DNA of 54,048 nucleotides, counting the filler, from Sphacelaria rigidula (Eukaryota): the NCBI GenBank assembly GCA_964200075.2. It is 5 parts of 5 records of this genome, joined end to end, with 100 filler letters (N's around TTAATTAATTAA, not from the genome) between each part and the next. Parts side by side here need not be neighbours in the genome. Positions count along the whole stretch, not along the records: positions 43,322 to 54,048 come from CAXNAA020006019.1; 4 more parts are not named here. One strand, given 5' to 3'. The first letter of the stretch is position 1. Every line of letters begins with the position of its first letter. Below, piece after piece: positions 50,001-54,048 of this stretch. The notes beneath the pieces are model-generated. The model was not told the DNA's origin. It worked only from the letters and a program-made list of their open reading frames with translations, and ran no database searches. The translations under genes were made by a program, and so were the position numbers.

Positions 50001-53000
50001 CAAAGTCCAGTATAAAAGTACACATCGAATATGGAGTCGCCAGAGTAGCGCTAACAAACACTGGCTAATACCAATCTGAAGATTAAGGTTTTTCCTGCAC
50101 TGTGGTGACTGGATGCGCGGATGATGTTTGAGCCGACCAATAGCGCGAGCTATTCATCCCGAATGTACGCAACCCGATACCAAGACGAAACGTATCTTGC
50201 CCCTTGACGCAAGCTAGCAGTGTCTAGGAACGAATCGTGACACTTGACGATTTGCAGCTTTGCGCTTCGGCCTATTGCAGGCTATCAATGGACGACGTGT
50301 CATGCCGCAGCACCGAAAATTTGCCTGAAATGGTACTCTTTCGTCGGGCAAAGTTCCAGGAAACAAAACTCAATGTGTACCTCATATAGGGTTTTGCATC
50401 AACACATATTCACATCAAGATTTTGATCGATTGTCGATATGATTGTCCGATCAACACTGACATCAACCATCGCCAAGATAATAACTATACATCAAACAAT
50501 CATGATTATGTTGATTAATAAAAAAATAACGTGTTGATTAATCAACGTAATCATAAGTGTTTGATATCATTGGAGAATAAAAGAGGCGTTTCCAGTACGA
50601 AATACATTAAATGTGCAAGGAAAAACAATCATAATTTGTTGATTTAATCGAACAGTCAACCATAGTTGATTATAAAAAATCAAATCAACAATCACCCTTA
50701 TCTCCCCGTAATAATGAACAAGCAAATCGACACCGTTTTCAGGTTGATGCACAATCCCCCCCTGAAATGAATTGGATCACATAACGCAAGACTCACCTAA
50801 CATGATTCGGAAGCCTAGCCATCGGTAGAGCCAGGGCATAACGGCGGGAGGCGGACATGCGGGGGCGAATGGGCGCACTGAGAAGAGCGGCACTACAAAC
50901 GCGGTCAGGAACGTGGTCTCCAGGAGCTGTGTCTCACATATTATCTCGTACCTGAGAAGCAGAAGGGAATAACATCGAGGTGAATCCGGACTTTACGAAA
51001 AGCAATGTGGTGCCACCCTCAGCGATATTCAACATACGCACATTCCATGCAAGAGCCCTCAAAGCAGTGATACTTTCATTGCAGTGCACAAGCGAGCACC
51101 ATGCCGTCACGCAGTTCAAGAACACAGACTTGCATACATTTCAAGAACATAGACTAGCACGTGTACATCGCCACGTAGGGAGCTCCTGCTATTTACCCGA
51201 CTGTATGAACGAAAAGATCTTGTTGGCCACTCACAGAGATTCGATACATTCGACAACATGGAAAAACAGTGTTGTGATCAGTACGGGAACGTACCTGTGG
51301 CCATTCAGTGTACGGAAACTCTGATCCACTTGAACGCGGTACGGACGAAGACGCAGTTCTCACCAGTGTTGGCCGACATTGACCAGGGTATGATACAGTC
51401 CCCACAGCGAGATGATAATCGGGACGTTTGCCGCTCCCAGTAAGGTGACGAAAACGGACAGAACCAAACCCACTGCTGCTGTCACATCTAGCCAAGGGTC
51501 CAGTGCAACCTGCGTGATAGTTGTGGCCGAGTCGGGCAATGTTACTTGCAGCGACGGGTGGATCTCACACATGGAATTGTATTCAAGCCTTCATTCTAAT
51601 GGTGACGTCAGAGAGCTATGTAGCCTCTGCCAGACGATCTGGACAAGAGGGCTATCCACGAGGGACTCCTCCAGTAGCACTGGCCTCGTGCTCGACAAGT
51701 CCTTTCTTCTCACTTGTTATTATCACGGAGTGATCCTCAACAGATCACATCAAGAGCCAGACAGCAAGGGGCCACACAGATGAGGCTCATCAATCCAGGA
51801 TCCCCTGTCCCCTGCGACTGCTCCAATCATGCATGCGATTACATTGAAACCTACGGCTTGGTATCATTTGGCTACAGCGCCTTTGCTCATATTCTGGGAG
51901 GCACTAAACACGTGACACCTTGGACGAGATTGTCACGGCCAAAACCTTTGTCTTCTGGATTTGGTCGTTGAACTTTGATGGCGAAGCTGGTCTACTGTCC
52001 AACAGTAGTCGAGCAAGTGCTGAGGTGTTGTATAAACTCCTCCTCAAGATGGCCCAATCAAAATCCGAAACCGACATCGATCCGGGTGAATCGCTTGACC
52101 GCCACACATGCCGGACATTTCACTTCAGGCGTAATCGACTCCACGGAATATTACTGTGTGCCGAAGCAACACACTGGCATACACGGCTATCATGAAATAG
52201 GACTGCGTTCGAAGCATGACAGTCGAGGTCTCGCTTCTAGCCAGGTTAGCGCTTACCTAAACGTCCGCCTGCAGATATTGTCATCGTGCCAACGCTATCA
52301 TGGTGTAAGAGCATTCACGTATCAGACTTCGATCGTGCTACGAGCACCCGCGTACGTTTTCTGCGATGGGTCCAGACACTAAGTGGCCGGCCTTCCAGAA
52401 AAGCGCGACTAGAGTCTACATTGTAAACGTAGCCGCGGAAAGCTCTTCGTACCTCGTCCGGTATAAGCCAGAAGAGCGTCGGCACGCGTTGCGCTGCTTT
52501 TCTGCGATCGCCATCGTACTCGTCTCTCAGCACCCGTCGTAGATAAGCTCTGGCCGGCGTGATGCCCTGGTCGACCACGGGAAATTGACGCCAATCAGGT
52601 AAAGCATAGCCGATGAATGTCGTTTGAGAGTCATCGACCTGATCGTTCGGGGGCCGAGGGAGCCACTATCTGGTGTGGAACGTCCAGACTACAGAAACAT
52701 GAAAACAGTCTATCTACCCTCTATTCTCAGGTTCGGCACACGTCACTGTGCTGTACGCCGCCTTGACCTGCGTTGAAGGCATCCTGTTAACCAGATAAAA
52801 AATAGGCATTGCGTTGGTCCCTGACGGACAAGTGACGACGGCTACACTTTAGGCCCGCAAAACCGCTATCGTTCGAATACGAGCTCATTTTCTTCAACTC
52901 AGTCACCGCTGCGCTACTGCTCTGGCCGTGCTCCGAGATGTCTCAGCGCCTACTGAGAACTGGGGTTTGCCTTGATTTCCCGACAACGAATGAGCGTGGA

Positions 53001-53431
53001 AGTCACTGCAATACCGGCACCGGAAGTTTCGTCACCTTACGCAATTTCGGTGCTTCCAGCAGATCGTTTCGGGTTCCACATACACCATTGCACAATAACA
53101 TACTGTCGCTGTCGCGCTACAGGATCTTTCAGCGTGCGACAAAAACTCGGCAAAAGCATTTTTGGTATCTAGACGGATATTGGCCGTTATTCACAGCACA
53201 AGCTTCGCTCCGGGGCAATGAACCTGACGATATCCATACTTCGCGGAGGCACCGCTGTGAGTTTCGTACATATCCTTGTAGTAGCAGATATAGTATCCCC
53301 ACCTTGTCCCCGATGAGAGCTTTGTTCTGAAAGAGAGCCACCGTGAAAGCAATGGAGAAAATTCCACCGAGGCATCTGAGGAATACGGAACGAGTCAGCC
53401 AGTAAGCACTCGTTGGTGCCAGCAGAGGCAT
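44044..53431 (-). CDS. LMF1: Lipase maturation factor family protein (LMF1-like), 10 exons, about 512 aa
   Basis: Exons are 53431-53303, 52566-52453, 51509-51364, 50951-50797, 49641-49509, 48310-48122, 47724-47424, 45628-45470, 45264-45212 and 44203-44044. All introns are GT-AG with consistent phases, giving 1539 nt. Motifs: YWLTR..FLR, QNKALIG, QLLET, FRIMLGAGLIKIR, YHYETQPLPNP, ISGNLSFLNYLT, VNTYGVFGS, KPG, SPYHRRLDW. An acceptor at 53470 suggests a possible further upstream exon. Confidence 0.92.
45712..47049 (-). mobile_element. 5'-truncated LINE (non-LTR retrotransposon): RT C-terminal part and 3' end, in LMF intron 7
   Basis: Translation starts just after a degenerate YADD motif: GISGTAERLQKQIEKALEYTRKWRV...YTYLDVEI...W..HINKV...LEYAGEIW...AELG, and ends with a C-terminal CPC..C motif. 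It is frameshifted and bounded by G-runs at both ends. Confidence 0.9.
49066..49160 (-). mobile_element. Short LINE 3'-end insertion
   Basis: cgtactcatgatcttgcatgac..cattgacc..gcatccctacaaa is the reverse complement of the 36100 insert. It is flanked by gcgcggga+G-rich direct repeats. Further stubs lie at 48637-48680. Confidence 0.65.
50388..50760. mobile_element. AT-rich MITE-like element in LMF intron 4
   Basis: Imperfect TIR gggttttgcatcaac / gttgatgcacaatccccc, with internal ttgat/atcaa subrepeats. Confidence 0.5.
51619..51876 (-). mobile_element. Solo LTR of the gypsy family at 3284-7360
   Basis: Reverse complement of the 3284-3539 LTR, with perfect TGTAGCC..GGCTACA ends. It lies in LMF intron 2. 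Confidence 0.93.
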
Positions 53432-53860
53432 CGCACTGATTCTTGGGACCCGTCGCGGGATCAGCACCCCTGATGCAGACAGACGCGCACACGCAAGCGA
53501 GAATGGGCACGGGAAAGGGGGATCACCAATGCCTTGGATACGCTCATTATCCAACCGTAGGCAACAGAATGCCGTGTGAAAATCATGCGCAGTTTTCGAA
53601 GTTGGATTACTGAGATCACGGGTACTGTAGAGCACTTGGAAAATCAGAATCGAGGACTTCGTTTAGGGGAACATATTTAAATACTCTACCTGGGTGCCTT
53701 GATCCCAACCCTGCCCCCTCCGAAAGTTTGTGACAGTTTCCAGACATCGCTCAAAGCACTACAAAGGACTGTCTCATTATTATTGGAGCACCCCTTCGCT
53801 TCATTTTTACGCCGCGTTTCAAGAGAATACAAACGATGAACTTGGAGGCTCGCTGTCATA

Positions 53861-53945
53861 TGATTGGTTGATTGATTGATTGATTGATTGTCGCACTTCA
53901 ACTGAGCCCCCAGGGGTCCAGCCGTGGTCTCAAGATAGACGTACC
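53861..53945 (-). repeat. (CAAT)n-tailed retroposon 3' end
   Basis: (gatt)n followed by gcactt.aa.tga..cccaggg.tccagccgtggtc. A second copy lies at about 44381-44432. Confidence 0.6.
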
Positions 53946-54048
53946 CAAGAAAAACGAAACTGAAACACGCTTTAAGGGGAAAAAAAAGGAACAGGAAAAA
54001 AAAAAAATCCACGAGATTATGACGAAGTGTGAGCAGTATCATCGAAAA

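Overview
This is eukaryotic, repeat-rich, intron-containing DNA. The repeat families and gene style resemble brown algal (Phaeophyceae/Ectocarpus-like) genomes; that assignment is an inference. The window is not one locus. It is five contigs of 10732, 10731, 10730, 10728 and 10727 bp, joined in descending size order by 100-bp N spacers that carry a TTAATTAATTAA linker. Contig 1 holds a decayed, internally deleted Ty3/gypsy element with two LTRs, nested PIF/Harbinger-type and other MITEs, and long foldbacks. Contig 2 holds a very old, G-depleted gypsy relic and unidentifiable coding-like remnants. Contig 3 holds a Ty3/gypsy integrase fragment directly joined to a DIRS/Ngaro RT-RNaseH-tyrosine recombinase fragment, plus a spliced SnoaL/NTF2-like gene bracketed by two concentric inverted pairs of tRNA-derived SINEs. 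Contig 4 holds degenerate multi-exon ORFs of unknown function, tandem repeats and MITEs with 4-bp TSDs. Contig 5 holds an intact 10-exon lipase maturation factor gene (about 512 aa) with unusual motif substitutions; its introns carry a LINE fragment and a solo LTR. The most promising leads are the integrase plus YR composite retroelement, a LINE family that ends in and targets poly(C) tracts, and the divergent LMF.
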